From an uncultured virus (IMG/VR IMGVR_UViG_3300009126_000274) (taxonomy: Duplodnaviria; Heunggongvirae; Uroviricota; Caudoviricetes), in IMG/VR virus record IMGVR_UViG_3300009126_000274, positions 1-64,000 of that record: 64,000 bases of DNA, one strand, 5' to 3'. The position numbers and the translations under genes are program-made. The notes beneath the pieces were generated by a model that worked only from the letters and a program-made list of their open reading frames with translations, did no database searches and was not told the origin of the DNA. Shown in pieces: positions 18,613 to 28,945 of the stretch (its first letter is position 1; each line of letters opens with the position of its first letter).

Positions 18613-19572
18613 ATGGATAGTGTCTACAAATACGGTTATTGTCATCGCTACAGGCCTGGCAAAGGAAATCAACATACAAAAGCAGATGGCACCCCCGAGC
18701 CAATGGGTGTGCAACAATGGTCTGATGGATTTTCAACAAGGTGGTGTCCTTCTGACATTAGGCAAAATTTCGATAATAGGAAAGAGTTAGCAGAGCAACT
18801 AGGTTGGTCAGATAACAATGTCAAGTATAGATTTAATCAGTGGGGTTTTAGACATCAAGGAGATTTTGTAGAGAATAAAAATGCTCTAGTAGCATTAGGT
18901 TGTAGCATAACATTTGGTATTGGAGTTAATTATGAACAGACATGGCCTTATTTTGTAGCACAAGAGTTAGGACTAGACTGTGTAAATTTAGGCCAACCAG
19001 GAACAGGTATTCAAGCATCTTATCGTGCTGCTAAAATGTGGTTGCCTGTTATAAAACCTAAAGCTGTAATGTTCTACGTTCCAGATCCTCATAGAATTGA
19101 ACTCTGGCCTTATCCAGATGATAGAGAGGAAGATAACTACGCAGATTCTGTAAAATCCATAGGACCTTGGCATAACTCCGGCACTTCCGATAAGAAATGG
19201 AGAGACCATTTTGAAATGAGCATGTCAAGTCGTGAAGTCGCTATTAGACGAGAGGCCTATATGGATGCCATGAGACATATCTGTAAAGAATCTAAGTTCA
19301 TAGATATACCAAGCACAGAACAAACAGCAGGTAGACCTTCTAAAACGGACAATATAAATGATATGATAGTTATTGATAAAATACATAATATTGCTGAAGA
19401 GACTAAAGAAAAACTTAATCATACCCTGAGAGAACAGAACCCGAATGCTGAGTTTACGGCTTGCCTTAATACTGACGAGGCAAGATGGGCAAGGGACATG
19501 GTACATCCAGGACCAAGGGTGATGAGAGATAATATAGCTCCAATGTTTATAAGGAAATACCGTGAGAGCTAG
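18613..19572 (+). CDS. SGNH/GDSL-like hydrolase or acyltransferase
   Basis: FNQWGFR, LGCSITFG (block I), NLGQPG, DMVHPG (DxxH). Confidence 0.75.
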   Translation: MDSVYKYGYCHRYRPGKGNQHTKADGTPEPMGVQQWSDGFSTRWCPSDIRQNFDNRKELAEQLGWSDNNVKYRFNQWGFRHQGDFVENKNALVALGCSITFGIGVNYEQTWPYFVAQELGLDCVNLGQPGTGIQASYRAAKMWLPVIKPKAVMFYVPDPHRIELWPYPDDREEDNYADSVKSIGPWHNSGTSDKKWRDHFEMSMSSREVAIRREAYMDAMRHICKESKFIDIPSTEQTAGRPSKTDNINDMIVIDKIHNIAEETKEKLNHTLREQNPNAEFTACLNTDEARWARDMVHPGPRVMRDNIAPMFIRKYRES

Positions 19573-20092
19573 TCTATTCTTTTTGTTTAATCACGGCGGT
19601 GAATTATATATCGTTGACAATAATCATGTACAAGATGTTCCTAAACCTCGTGATCTAATCAGACGTTTTTCACAAATAGAAGCTATTAGAGAGCATGCGT
19701 TACATCTAGGTAGGCCAATAGTAATGGATTCTGCTCGAGATCGTACAAAGAAACACACCCCAGAAGGAATAGAAAGAATAAGACAAGCGAAACTAGGAGA
19801 CAATCATCCTAGCAGAATACATGGTGTCTCTCCAGAACATAAGGAAAAGATATCTAGGACTATGACAGGGACAAGACACGGCGAGAACAATCCTATGTAT
19901 GGTAGAACACACTCAAAAGAAACTAGGATTAAAATGTCTGAGGCTTCTTTTTATAAGGAGAGGCGTCGTTGGGTAGTATCGCCTGAAGGTAAGACAACAA
20001 CCATACCTATTAGTGAGCCTAGGCCAGAAGGCTGGCAATGGGGCAGGTTCTATGATCCTTATAAGCCTGATACAGATCCATTCAACGTATAA
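19562..20092 (+). CDS. NUMOD3-repeat DNA-binding protein
   Basis: KHTPEGIERIRQAKLG, SPEHKEKIS, GENNPMYGRTHSKETRIKMS. Confidence 0.78.
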   Translation: MRASLFFLFNHGGELYIVDNNHVQDVPKPRDLIRRFSQIEAIREHALHLGRPIVMDSARDRTKKHTPEGIERIRQAKLGDNHPSRIHGVSPEHKEKISRTMTGTRHGENNPMYGRTHSKETRIKMSEASFYKERRRWVVSPEGKTTTIPISEPRPEGWQWGRFYDPYKPDTDPFNV

Positions 20093-20556
20093 ACCTTTCC
20101 GCTTTCCACTTTATCCAATAAAGCTACTACCTGTTTAGCAGGAGTTTCGTAATGGCCTTCTATTAAATGTCCTGGATCTACACCAAAGTATATCTCAGGT
20201 TTAAGATGTGCATAATAGCGCATAATATGAAGATTCATTGACTTATAAGCAAAGTATGGAGCATATTCTGGGTGATCTTTAGCACCTATACCACTGCTAA
20301 ACATCCAACCTACCTTGTTGGCCTTGTTGTTGCTTAGTATGTCTATACAAATAAGACAATTCATATGGTAGCTCACTTGATCAAAACCTTCTGGCATAAA
20401 ATGGTGGTTAAAAAAGATTAGATCATACTCGTTCTGTGTAAAGGTAAATGTGCTTAGTTCATCTCTTGGTATAACTGTGACATCGTAGGTCTTTGCTAGT
20501 TCACTAGACAAACAGGCTCCAAATTTACTACTACCTCCTGTTATCAGCGCTTTCAT
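20059..20556 (-). CDS. Short-chain dehydrogenase/reductase-like protein
   Basis: ALITGGSSKFG; YFAYK (YxxxK); VDPG. Confidence 0.75.
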   Translation of the reverse strand: MKALITGGSSKFGACLSSELAKTYDVTVIPRDELSTFTFTQNEYDLIFFNHHFMPEGFDQVSYHMNCLICIDILSNNKANKVGWMFSSGIGAKDHPEYAPYFAYKSMNLHIMRYYAHLKPEIYFGVDPGHLIEGHYETPAKQVVALLDKVESGKVYTLNGSVSGL

Positions 20557-21667
20557 ATATCTTTTCCATTATAGGTGTAGGTCCACAAACATCATAACAC
20601 TCTAATATTCTATTACCTTCCCATCTCTCATAAACAGGACGAAAAGGATCACTATCTAATATCTCTTTTAATGACATCTCATTTAGATTATTATGTACAT
20701 CTTTAAAAACATCTTCCATTTGCCACTGCTGTATTCTACCTACTATCCTGTTCTTTAAATACTTTTTACTCAAGTGGCCAAAGAAACTACATGGCCAGAC
20801 AGAGCCATCACAATTAATTCTCAGCTCGTTGCCTCCTCCTAGTGAGTGATTAGCAGCACAAGTGATACAGCCTGGTTTATCTTTATATAATGTTTCTACT
20901 CTATCCTTATAGTCTGCGTAGTCTAATGTGTCTGTATTAATTAGATTTATAAAATCAACAGACCTCTGTGGAATCTCGTTTATATCTCTGCCTGTTGCTG
21001 GAAAGATCTCATATTCTATATTATAATCCTTATCCCTAGCAGGCATAGGGCCTCCTTCAAAGCCATTAGGATTTTTAAATCTTATCTCAAATCCCAACCA
21101 GTCTGCCATCTCTTTAGCTTCTTTTAACTGATGTTCGTTGTGTTTAAACTTTAGAAACTCCCATATACCTGTAGCTCCTGTCTGTGAGTAGGAGTACATG
21201 TTATTTCTAACCTTATTCCACTTTACATTCCTTCTGTATATGTGATTAGTATCTTCTAGGCCATCTACTGAGAATATAACATATCTGCTGTGGTTCTTTT
21301 CAAATAACTCGCCTAAAGATATCCAAAAAGGTGTCGTTTTCATACCACCATTGGTATTAATTTGTATAGCGGAGTCAGGTCGTACTTCTGTGATATGTTC
21401 GAGAATAGGAAGAAGTTCTGGACATGTGCAAGGGTCACCATAATCTCCTGCAAATGTCCAGAAGTTTATTTGTTTTATAAAGTCCTTAGGAAAGTGATCC
21501 TTGAATCGTTGAAGGGTGTAAGCCTCTTCAACGATATTGGGATTAAGATTGGGCGAGAAGTTGTTGTACCTAGGACACCAAGGACATATAGAATTACAAA
21601 GAGTTGATACTTCTAAATGTACAGCACGGATATTTTCGTATATCCAATGTTTATTGGGTGAAGTCAA
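20531..21667 (-). CDS. Radical SAM enzyme with C-terminal SPASM/twitch-like domain
   Basis: CNSICPWC, GDYGDP, TNGG, FSVDG, DGSVWPC, CYDVCG. Confidence 0.88.
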   Translation of the reverse strand: MTSPNKHWIYENIRAVHLEVSTLCNSICPWCPRYNNFSPNLNPNIVEEAYTLQRFKDHFPKDFIKQINFWTFAGDYGDPCTCPELLPILEHITEVRPDSAIQINTNGGMKTTPFWISLGELFEKNHSRYVIFSVDGLEDTNHIYRRNVKWNKVRNNMYSYSQTGATGIWEFLKFKHNEHQLKEAKEMADWLGFEIRFKNPNGFEGGPMPARDKDYNIEYEIFPATGRDINEIPQRSVDFINLINTDTLDYADYKDRVETLYKDKPGCITCAANHSLGGGNELRINCDGSVWPCSFFGHLSKKYLKNRIVGRIQQWQMEDVFKDVHNNLNEMSLKEILDSDPFRPVYERWEGNRILECYDVCGPTPIMEKIYESADNRR

Positions 21668-22184
21668 CTTTAGCCTTCAACTCTTCCATCTTTTTGGAAA
21701 CGTCTTTGGCTTTATAGCTTTTCTTTTTAGGTTTAACATATTCTGTTATGCCTAAATCTCCTAAGATACCTTCTAACTTAGGATATAATGCTATCAGTTG
21801 CTGATCTTTCACTGCTGTTATAAACTCAGCTTCTTTATGATGTACACCTTCTATAATTGACATCCAATTCATCTCTTGTTTCCAAGGTGGGAGGTTCTTA
21901 ATGTTGGCATTAGGATCTGTGAACTGTTTAATTCTACGAAATTCTAATGTCAGTGTTGTTTCACCCATACCATCAGGTATATCATCTTCTATCTTTGTAG
22001 CGTCTGGTTTGCCTTCTGGTAGACCCCAATCAATTTGTTCAGCTCCTACACCCCATCTTACAAATGGGACGATAGTTTGATTGCCTGCTGCAATCTCTTT
22101 AATTCTATCTACTTGGTTCTTTTTGCCTCTAGCTTCAAAGACCCAATCAAAAGCCTCATTGAGTTGTCTGAATTTCTGTGCCAT
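21651..22184 (-). CDS. Conserved T4-like phage hypothetical protein
   Basis: WGLPEG.P...E..W..I.EG.H.KEA......KD pattern; typical position near rnh. Confidence 0.7.
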   Translation of the reverse strand: MAQKFRQLNEAFDWVFEARGKKNQVDRIKEIAAGNQTIVPFVRWGVGAEQIDWGLPEGKPDATKIEDDIPDGMGETTLTLEFRRIKQFTDPNANIKNLPPWKQEMNWMSIIEGVHHKEAEFITAVKDQQLIALYPKLEGILGDLGITEYVKPKKKSYKAKDVSKKMEELKAKVDFTQ

Positions 22185-22185
22185 G

Positions 22186-22455
22186 TTACTTTGCCTGTTT
22201 GATAAATGCGTCTATCATTTTAGCTTTCGTTTCTCTGGCATCCAATTTAATACCTTGTGCAGCAGCTGTATCATCTATCTGCTTTTTAGTAAGCTTCTGA
22301 AGATCTGTTTTGCTGGGTGCAACATTGTCTATTGGTTTGGGAGTTGGTTTTACAGCTTTGACCGTAGCTTTCTTCACTACATCAGGTTTATTATAACCTA
22401 GTATCACTGCTAAAACTATTACTCCAATAAAGATATATAGAGCTATATTTTCCAT
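22186..22455 (-). CDS. Membrane-anchored protein with SAP/Rho-N-like helical C-terminus
   Basis: N-terminal TM; L.KLTKKQID..A...GIKLDARETKAKMI. Confidence 0.7.
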   Translation of the reverse strand: MENIALYIFIGVIVLAVILGYNKPDVVKKATVKAVKPTPKPIDNVAPSKTDLQKLTKKQIDDTAAAQGIKLDARETKAKMIDAFIKQAK

Positions 22456-22474
22456 TTTGTATTACCTTTCATTA

Positions 22475-23377
22475 TTAAAAATCATCTATTACGTCAATCA
22501 ATCCTTTCATTTTATGTTCAATAAAATAGTTTAATAACTGACTTCTATCACCACCGCGTTGTGTGGTGTAATTATTTATAATAGCTTCTTTGATGTCTTC
22601 TGGTGTTTTGGTTAAGTCAATTAGCAAAGAATTACGGTTATAACCGTGTGCCATGTGTCCTTTTACAAATTCTTCTGGTTTCTGTGCTTTCCACTCTGCT
22701 AATTTGGTCTTTCTAATAGGGCTTTGACGTTGGCCTTTCACAAACACATCATCTGCTGATAATATATTAGGTACTCCGTCACCCTTATCACCTCTAATAA
22801 TATGTTCTAATAAGACTTGATGTGCTGGCTCGTTAATCTTAACCCATTTCTTTTGTGCTGGTGCCCATTGTTTAACATTAGCCCATTTCTGTAGTTGTTT
22901 AAAGTCGTGATCGCCTGAGACTATAAGAAAAGGATCAGGTATATGTTCATCAAATGGTAACTGTCCACTTTCCTCTGGACTTGTGCCGTGTGTTTGACTG
23001 TATTCTGCTAGTGTACCTATAATATCATCTGCCTCAGCTCCGTCTACATCTATAACAGGATAAGGAAATACTTCTGCTAACTCATCTCTAACCAAGTTGA
23101 GTGCGTCAAATATCATATTCCAATCTAATTGACTAGCTTCCCGTGATGATTTTCTGTTTGCTTTATAATAAGGAAATACTTGCCGTCTCCAATAATGTCT
23201 GTTATCACATGCTATTACTAGCTCGCCATATTCACTCCCCCAACGCTTCTTATAAGAGCGTATGGTGTTTAATATCATATGTCTAAGCAAATCTAAATGT
23301 ACTTCAACATCAGGACGTCCTCTCGTCTCTGCCATAAACGAACCTATTGCTGTTTGATTATAGTCTACAACAATCAT
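22475..23377 (-). CDS. rnh: T4-type RNase H (5'-3' exonuclease)
   Basis: IVVDYNQ, YWRRQVFPYYKANRK, EADDIIG, SGDHDFKQL, GDKGDGVPNI. Confidence 0.93.
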   Translation of the reverse strand: MIVVDYNQTAIGSFMAETRGRPDVEVHLDLLRHMILNTIRSYKKRWGSEYGELVIACDNRHYWRRQVFPYYKANRKSSREASQLDWNMIFDALNLVRDELAEVFPYPVIDVDGAEADDIIGTLAEYSQTHGTSPEESGQLPFDEHIPDPFLIVSGDHDFKQLQKWANVKQWAPAQKKWVKINEPAHQVLLEHIIRGDKGDGVPNILSADDVFVKGQRQSPIRKTKLAEWKAQKPEEFVKGHMAHGYNRNSLLIDLTKTPEDIKEAIINNYTTQRGGDRSQLLNYFIEHKMKGLIDVIDDF

Positions 23378-24489
23378 TAGATAGCCTTTAAGATTAGCAT
23401 GTGAGGATTAATACGGGTTTTAACTTTCATTTTCTTACCTCGTATCTTATCTACATAAGGACTGATAGCCTTAGGTCCTAGTTTCATAAATCCTTTTAGT
23501 TGTTCTTCATGCTTCCTTAGTGTTTTCTCATAAGATAATTCTGTATCATAGCCTGTAATAGACGTTCCTTTAACACCTAAACCACCTGCCATTCCAGATG
23601 TGTAGAGTCCTAGACGTTTTCTTTTTGTGTCATATACCCATACTTCTGTGCTACCTAATATATCTACAGGATTAATAGATGCTATATTCAAGTCTTTATT
23701 AGCTTTCATATGTCTTAAGCGAGAAACAATCTTACGTGGATCTTGTGGCTTCTTACGTCTAACTGCCTTCTTCGGAGTTGCTCCTAATTGCAACATGTCT
23801 AATAGTTCTTTTAAATGCTCTACGATCTTTCTGGCATTAGGTTTATTAATATGACTATAACCTTCGACTAACTGTTCATCCCAGTCTGATCTATCTCTAA
23901 TATTACGAACTCTAACAAGCTCTACGAACTCATCATAAACATATGATATTTCCTTATGAGCCTGACTACACTCTTCCTTATTAAGATTAAGAGATCTAAG
24001 TAATGACTCATTCTCCATTACCTTTTTACCTGTACTTAATCTATCTACTATCTCATCAATAGCACCTATGAATATTGGTAGCTCATTCCTTATTGGAACG
24101 ACTGTCATAACCTTTCTATGTTCTTTTTCTTTTTTATATTTTTCAGCAGTCTGGTCAAAGTATGGTAATTTGCTGTAAATGTATTCCCTTTGAGATTCTA
24201 ACATCCAACCCACTTTAAGAGCCCACCAAGTATATTTTGAAATAGTTAAAAAGGCCCAATCAGGAGCTGCCAATGTTCTTTTAATCTCATCTTTAGTCCA
24301 GCCGGATTCTTTTTTAACCCATTCCCTAAAAGACTTATAACATTCTTTATTAGGTATTTCTTGATGTATGAAGTAATCAGCTTCTTTATATATCTTAGCT
24401 CTGTCTTCTTCGGTTACTGCGAGGCTTGCTTTGCCCCAATTAGGTTCAGGTAACAGATATACCTGACGTTTACGTTTAGTTCGTGCCAT
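23377..24489 (-). CDS. Conserved T4-like phage hypothetical protein
   Basis: C-terminal SINP..I.G...VWVYDTK.K.L...VKGTSI.G......KTLRK. Confidence 0.75.
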   Translation of the reverse strand: MARTKRKRQVYLLPEPNWGKASLAVTEEDRAKIYKEADYFIHQEIPNKECYKSFREWVKKESGWTKDEIKRTLAAPDWAFLTISKYTWWALKVGWMLESQREYIYSKLPYFDQTAEKYKKEKEHRKVMTVVPIRNELPIFIGAIDEIVDRLSTGKKVMENESLLRSLNLNKEECSQAHKEISYVYDEFVELVRVRNIRDRSDWDEQLVEGYSHINKPNARKIVEHLKELLDMLQLGATPKKAVRRKKPQDPRKIVSRLRHMKANKDLNIASINPVDILGSTEVWVYDTKRKRLGLYTSGMAGGLGVKGTSITGYDTELSYEKTLRKHEEQLKGFMKLGPKAISPYVDKIRGKKMKVKTRINPHMLILKAI

Positions 24490-24519
24490 GAAAGGACTCC
24501 TTTATTAATCATACTACTA

Positions 24520-24548
24520 ATTATAAGACCTCGTGAAGTAAAGGTCAA
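24520..24548 (-). promoter_or_regulatory. sigma70-type promoter
   Basis: TTGACC-17 bp-TATAAT. Confidence 0.75.
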
Positions 24549-24564
24549 CGGTCTAGAGTACCAA

Positions 24565-24906
24565 TTATTCTGAGCTTTCTTCTTGCCAGGTAGATGTTTG
24601 TGGTTTGGGTGTTGTTGTTTCACCTAAGAACTTCCAGTTAAGGACTCTGTCATATGTGACTGTCCTCCAACCTTCTGCATCCACATCATATACTACTAAC
24701 TGCCCTGGTTTTGATCTAGACACTTGCGTGGTACTTAATTCAGGAATAACACCAGGCTTTAAAGTGCAATTCATTTCTCTTACACTTCCATCCACCTTAT
24801 GAAATCTAAACTGTCCGTACCCTAATTTTAACAACCCTTCTACCTCTTGGCGGTAGTCGTCATCGTTACGTCTAGGCTCATACCCTTTCTCTTCTATGTT
24901 AGGCAT
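24565..24906 (-). CDS. WYL_2/SH3-like beta-barrel protein
   Basis: F.KVDGSVREMNCTL...VVYDVDAEGWR. Confidence 0.75.
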   Translation of the reverse strand: MPNIEEKGYEPRRNDDDYRQEVEGLLKLGYGQFRFHKVDGSVREMNCTLKPGVIPELSTTQVSRSKPGQLVVYDVDAEGWRTVTYDRVLNWKFLGETTTPKPQTSTWQEESSE

Positions 24907-26467
24907 CTTTCTTCTCCTTCAATTTTTGATCTATTAACCATTGTAATTCTTTCTCTTTAACTGGGTCCATCTTAGATTCTTCACCGTATTTTGCTGGTAG
25001 CCAATCGTCTTCTGTTGGTTTAAAATTATCTAGCACTTGATTCTCTTCTATTTCTTGCCACTTCAACGTTCCTTTCATCTGCTCTGGTTCTAATGTAGTA
25101 TCTTCTTCTAAGAACATATCGATATGCATGTCTTCTGTTACTTTAACAGTTTCTGGACCTAGCTCGTAATAGTCTCCTCTATCTACTGATCCTTTAGCTT
25201 GCCAGGACTCTGGGTCAGGCTTGTCTGTTGATGATATACCTACTTCTGGCACTGATTCCTTCTCAACAACATCGTCATCTAATCTTACAGGTGTTATCCT
25301 TCCACCCATTCTCTCTTTTATACTAAGGTTTGCTGCTATAACTAGAATTATAGCTAATGGGTCAAATACAAATATTAATAATAGTATAAGGATTACTACA
25401 GCTCTATCAATATTTTCTGTTGTATCGTCGCCGTAAAGAAATTGTGCTACATATCTCACAGGGCCAACTTCCTTGTCTAAATCTCTTACAATAGCTCGTT
25501 CCTCAAACAAGTCCTCATTGTATGCTCCTATTTGGTCGTATGCCTCGTCAATAGTGGCCTGGATCTCATCTATTTGTATGTCTCTAGTTGCTGAACTCTG
25601 ACTCTCATTTTCCCTTAACCTGTTTATCTCATCATTAGCTCTGTCTATGTCGCCTTGTGTGGTTTCTCTATATTGTACAATTTGGTTACGATAACCTGCT
25701 ATTTGTTCCTCAGCATAACGTCTAAGTTCAACTATATCTGCGTCTATCTTTGCTCTTTCCTCTCTTTGGCTCTCTCTTACTTGTAAACCTAATGCCACAT
25801 TGTCAACAGTCTCGTCTCTTCTAAAAGCTCCTGTGTCTGTTGTCGTAGTACCTTGGTTAGTATAAGATGCAACTATAGCGTCTAAACCGTCAAGTTCTTG
25901 TTGTTTTTGTGCTAAATCTGTGTCCAAACTAGCCCTAATTTTGTCTATTTGTTCCTCAGAGTACTCTATGTCGCCTTGTATTCTTTCCCATGCCGTATCT
26001 CGTATCTCTTCCTGTTGACGTATGCTTTCTGTTACATCAAGAGTAGAACCTTGTTGGATTCTTAGTATTCTATCCTCAGCTGCTGCTATTTTGCCATTTT
26101 CTCGTTCTATTAGTTGTTCAACGCGCTCTACTTTTGCTTGTGCATCACCTGAAACTGCTGCCTGATCTAAATGTGCTTTAGATAGGAACCCGAATATACC
26201 TATTGATGTTATGATGGATAGCACTACGACAGATGTAACCATGTAGCTCTTCATTAAGAGACTGGTGCGTTGCCAATACTGATATATCCATGATGCTGTA
26301 ACAAGTTTAGCAATTTCTAATACAACACCCATAGATAAAATAGCCATAGGTAGTGCTGAGAATATAGCCATAAGTCCTACGATGGAGAAGTACGCAGCTA
26401 CTGCTGATACAGCTAGTGCTGAGAATACTGTTCCTATAATAAATGTCATACTTCTAGTCTGAAACAT
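24899..26467 (-). CDS. Multi-TM membrane protein with long coiled coil (start uncertain)
   Basis: AAYFSIVGL..LE.AKLV..SW, TSIGIFGFLSKAH, coiled coil, EVGP.RY.A, IFVFDPLA. Confidence 0.8.
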   Translation of the reverse strand: MFQTRSMTFIIGTVFSALAVSAVAAYFSIVGLMAIFSALPMAILSMGVVLEIAKLVTASWIYQYWQRTSLLMKSYMVTSVVVLSIITSIGIFGFLSKAHLDQAAVSGDAQAKVERVEQLIERENGKIAAAEDRILRIQQGSTLDVTESIRQQEEIRDTAWERIQGDIEYSEEQIDKIRASLDTDLAQKQQELDGLDAIVASYTNQGTTTTDTGAFRRDETVDNVALGLQVRESQREERAKIDADIVELRRYAEEQIAGYRNQIVQYRETTQGDIDRANDEINRLRENESQSSATRDIQIDEIQATIDEAYDQIGAYNEDLFEERAIVRDLDKEVGPVRYVAQFLYGDDTTENIDRAVVILILLLIFVFDPLAIILVIAANLSIKERMGGRITPVRLDDDVVEKESVPEVGISSTDKPDPESWQAKGSVDRGDYYELGPETVKVTEDMHIDMFLEEDTTLEPEQMKGTLKWQEIEENQVLDNFKPTEDDWLPAKYGEESKMDPVKEKELQWLIDQKLKEKKDA

Positions 26468-26814
26468 TAGTTTACTCCCCAATTTCTCCAAGTGGCCTGG
26501 TCTCTTGTTTTAGGCGACCATTCAATTGGTTGGAAATCTTTTAAGTGGCTGGCTCTTAATCTAACATGTAGCATATCATTAACACAAAACTCATCATCTC
26601 TTTGTTGCCATTGCAATAAAAACTCTTGCATCTTCGCAGGTGCACGTGATGAATATTCTGCTATGATTTCTTTTGTTAATGTCTGCGTACATTCTTTAAC
26701 AACCTTTGAACTACCAAAGTATTTCTCAAATAGTTTATCTGTCTTGCAGGAATATCCAATATAATATCTTCCGTCTGGAAAATAAGTACAATATACTCTA
26801 TGTTTTTTAGCCAT
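26467..26814 (-). CDS. Stand-alone GIY-YIG-like nuclease domain protein
   Basis: RVYC..F.DGRYYIG...Y.GSS...KEII. Confidence 0.65.
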   Translation of the reverse strand: MAKKHRVYCTYFPDGRYYIGYSCKTDKLFEKYFGSSKVVKECTQTLTKEIIAEYSSRAPAKMQEFLLQWQQRDDEFCVNDMLHVRLRASHLKDFQPIEWSPKTRDQATWRNWGVN

Positions 26815-26818
26815 ATGA

Positions 26819-27151
26819 CTATTTATGTGTTCTTTTACCGTCGAAAACACAGACAAAGTATAGATCTTCAGTACCGTCGTTAATAACTTGATGAAAGTCT
26901 CCATCCTCTATTAACTTAATATCACCTGCTTTGACTGGCCATTTAGCCTCTTCTATCTTTATTTTGCCTTCGCCTTCCACAAAAATATAAACTTCTTCTT
27001 GCCCAGGATGTGTATGTCCTGTTGTTCGTTTGCCTGGATACAGTCGTGTACTGCTTAATACCAAGTTGTTTAAGTGTGTATTGTCTTTTACTTCATAGGT
27101 ATCGTTTGATTTAACGACCACACCACCTACGTCACTAATTGTTTGCTTCAT
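26819..27151 (-). CDS. Cupin-domain protein
   Basis: GHTHPGQEEVYIF..G.G......GD...I.DGDFHQV.N. Confidence 0.85.
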   Translation of the reverse strand: MKQTISDVGGVVVKSNDTYEVKDNTHLNNLVLSSTRLYPGKRTTGHTHPGQEEVYIFVEGEGKIKIEEAKWPVKAGDIKLIEDGDFHQVINDGTEDLYFVCVFDGKRTHK

Positions 27152-27314
27152 ATTCTTCCTCATATATATCTTTCATTTCAAATGATTGCTCTTGTTCCAA
27201 TTCTTCACCACAAAATGGACAGAACTTTAAGACGTAGAAGTGATGATCGTGATCATTTTCTAAATGACCAACACCCTCACATTTCATACATTCAAATCGA
27301 TCTCTACCTTCCAT
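27135..27314 (-). CDS. 59-aa Zn-ribbon protein (not in ORF track)
   Basis: MEGRDRFECMKCEG...FCPFCGEEL... with two CxxC motifs. Confidence 0.7.
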   Translation of the reverse strand: MEGRDRFECMKCEGVGHLENDHDHHFYVLKFCPFCGEELEQEQSFEMKDIYEEEYEANN

Positions 27315-28305
27315 TCTTTGCAGCTCCCCAAACCTCTGACCAATCTCCTGTTAGAGCACCACGAGCATAATCGGTAGCTCTGTTCTCAAAGAAGTTTGTA
27401 TGAGTAGGAGCGTTAATCATCTCCTCTACCCACAACAAAGGATTTCTTTTATGTTTAAATATGCCTTTCATTCCCATTGCTATTAGCCTTCTATCTGCTA
27501 TATATCTAATATATTTCTTAACTTCTTCTGGCGTCAAGTTCTCCATTGGACCCATAGCAAATGCTAGATCAATAAACTTATCTTCTAGTTCAACCATCTT
27601 CTCTGCTATGTCGTAAATTTCTTTCTTTAATTTGTCCTTCCACAATTTTCTGTTCTCTTTTATATACTGTCTGAATAGTTTTATCATAGATTCAGCGTGC
27701 ATTGTTTCATCTACGATGCTCCATGTTATTATTTGTCCCATGCCCTTCATCTTACCGTGACGTGGAAAGTTTAGTAGCATTATAAAAGATGAGAACAGTT
27801 GCATGCCTTCAGTAAATGCTGAGAATGCTGCTATATTTGTAGCTACAGACTCTGGTGTGCCGTTAGCATTAGCTAACTCCATGAAGTATTCATGTTTATC
27901 CGCCATAGATTGATATTCTAAAAACTCACTATAGGTAGACTCAGGCATTCCTAATGTCTCGATTAAGTGACTATAAGCTGCTATATGTAGTGCCTCCCGT
28001 GCTGCAAATCCTGATAACATCATACGAATTTCAGGTTGTGGAAAGTATGGAAGATAATTATTAACGTAACTACCTGCTACATCTATATCTCCTTGTGTAA
28101 AGAATCTAAATATATTTGTAAGGAAAGCCTTCTCAGGATCTGTTAGTTTGTCCTTCCAGTCCTTTACATCATCTGCCATAGGTACTTCTGTATGTATCCA
28201 ATGTGATTGTTCGTGTTTAAGCCATGCTTCATACGCCCAAGGATAATTAAATGGTTTAAAATATGTTCTCTCTTCTGTTAATCTTGCTTTTCTAGGCCGT
28301 GCCAT
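27304..28305 (-). CDS. nrdB: Ribonucleotide reductase class I beta subunit
   Basis: FFTQGDIDV, EALHIAAYS, EGMQLFSSF, DETMH, NFFENRATDY. Confidence 0.97.
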   Translation of the reverse strand: MARPRKARLTEERTYFKPFNYPWAYEAWLKHEQSHWIHTEVPMADDVKDWKDKLTDPEKAFLTNIFRFFTQGDIDVAGSYVNNYLPYFPQPEIRMMLSGFAAREALHIAAYSHLIETLGMPESTYSEFLEYQSMADKHEYFMELANANGTPESVATNIAAFSAFTEGMQLFSSFIMLLNFPRHGKMKGMGQIITWSIVDETMHAESMIKLFRQYIKENRKLWKDKLKKEIYDIAEKMVELEDKFIDLAFAMGPMENLTPEEVKKYIRYIADRRLIAMGMKGIFKHKRNPLLWVEEMINAPTHTNFFENRATDYARGALTGDWSEVWGAAKNGR

Positions 28306-28945
28306 AGTCTATCTCTCCTGCTTCTTTAAACCCCCATTCTCTTTCCTTACACCAAAAACATTCACCACATCTTCCACGTATTAACTCTACGCAGCTATGT
28401 GAGAAACGACTTATATCATTCAATACATTAAATTCTTTTGCTAATAAGACTATTTGATCTTTAGTTAAGTCTGCAAAAGGTTGTAAATATATCTCACTTA
28501 TAGGTGTTCCTTCGTGTTTATAATCAGAATCTCTAGCTAATAGCCTGGGTCCTGGTGTGTGATAAGAACATAAGCTCTTATAATTAGGTGGATATTCATT
28601 TACTCCATTAAATAGAACATCTGCATAGCCATTGACTATTACTTCTTTCATTCCACCTAGTAATTGTTGTTGTACTTCTTCTCCTTGATAATCTTGTTCC
28701 CTATTCCAGTCTACACCATCTGAGTTTATTACCCAAGGATGCAACTGTTTTGTTCCATAATAATCACAAGACCACTCTAACATTCTAGTAGCGTATGTTA
28801 ATGCTCCATCTACTTTAGGTACTGTGAATGGAATACACTCTTGATTTCGTTCTAAACATTCTCCATAGACTATATGCCACAGGATAGAACTATCTAATCC
28901 TCCTGAGACCACAACACCTATCTTTTTATCCCTAGGTATTTGCAT
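28292..28945 (-). CDS. QueC-like PP-loop ATPase
   Basis: SGGLDSS; PF..LTK.QIV; SC......RCGECFWCKER Zn site. Confidence 0.72.
   Translation of the reverse strand: MQIPRDKKIGVVVSGGLDSSILWHIVYGECLERNQECIPFTVPKVDGALTYATRMLEWSCDYYGTKQLHPWVINSDGVDWNREQDYQGEEVQQQLLGGMKEVIVNGYADVLFNGVNEYPPNYKSLCSYHTPGPRLLARDSDYKHEGTPISEIYLQPFADLTKDQIVLLAKEFNVLNDISRFSHSCVELIRGRCGECFWCKEREWGFKEAGEIDYGTA

Noticed and set aside
28292..28945. Complete 7-deazaguanine DNA modification pathway
   Set aside because: Only a QueC-like gene is visible; FolE, QueD, QueE and DpdA are not recognisable in this window.
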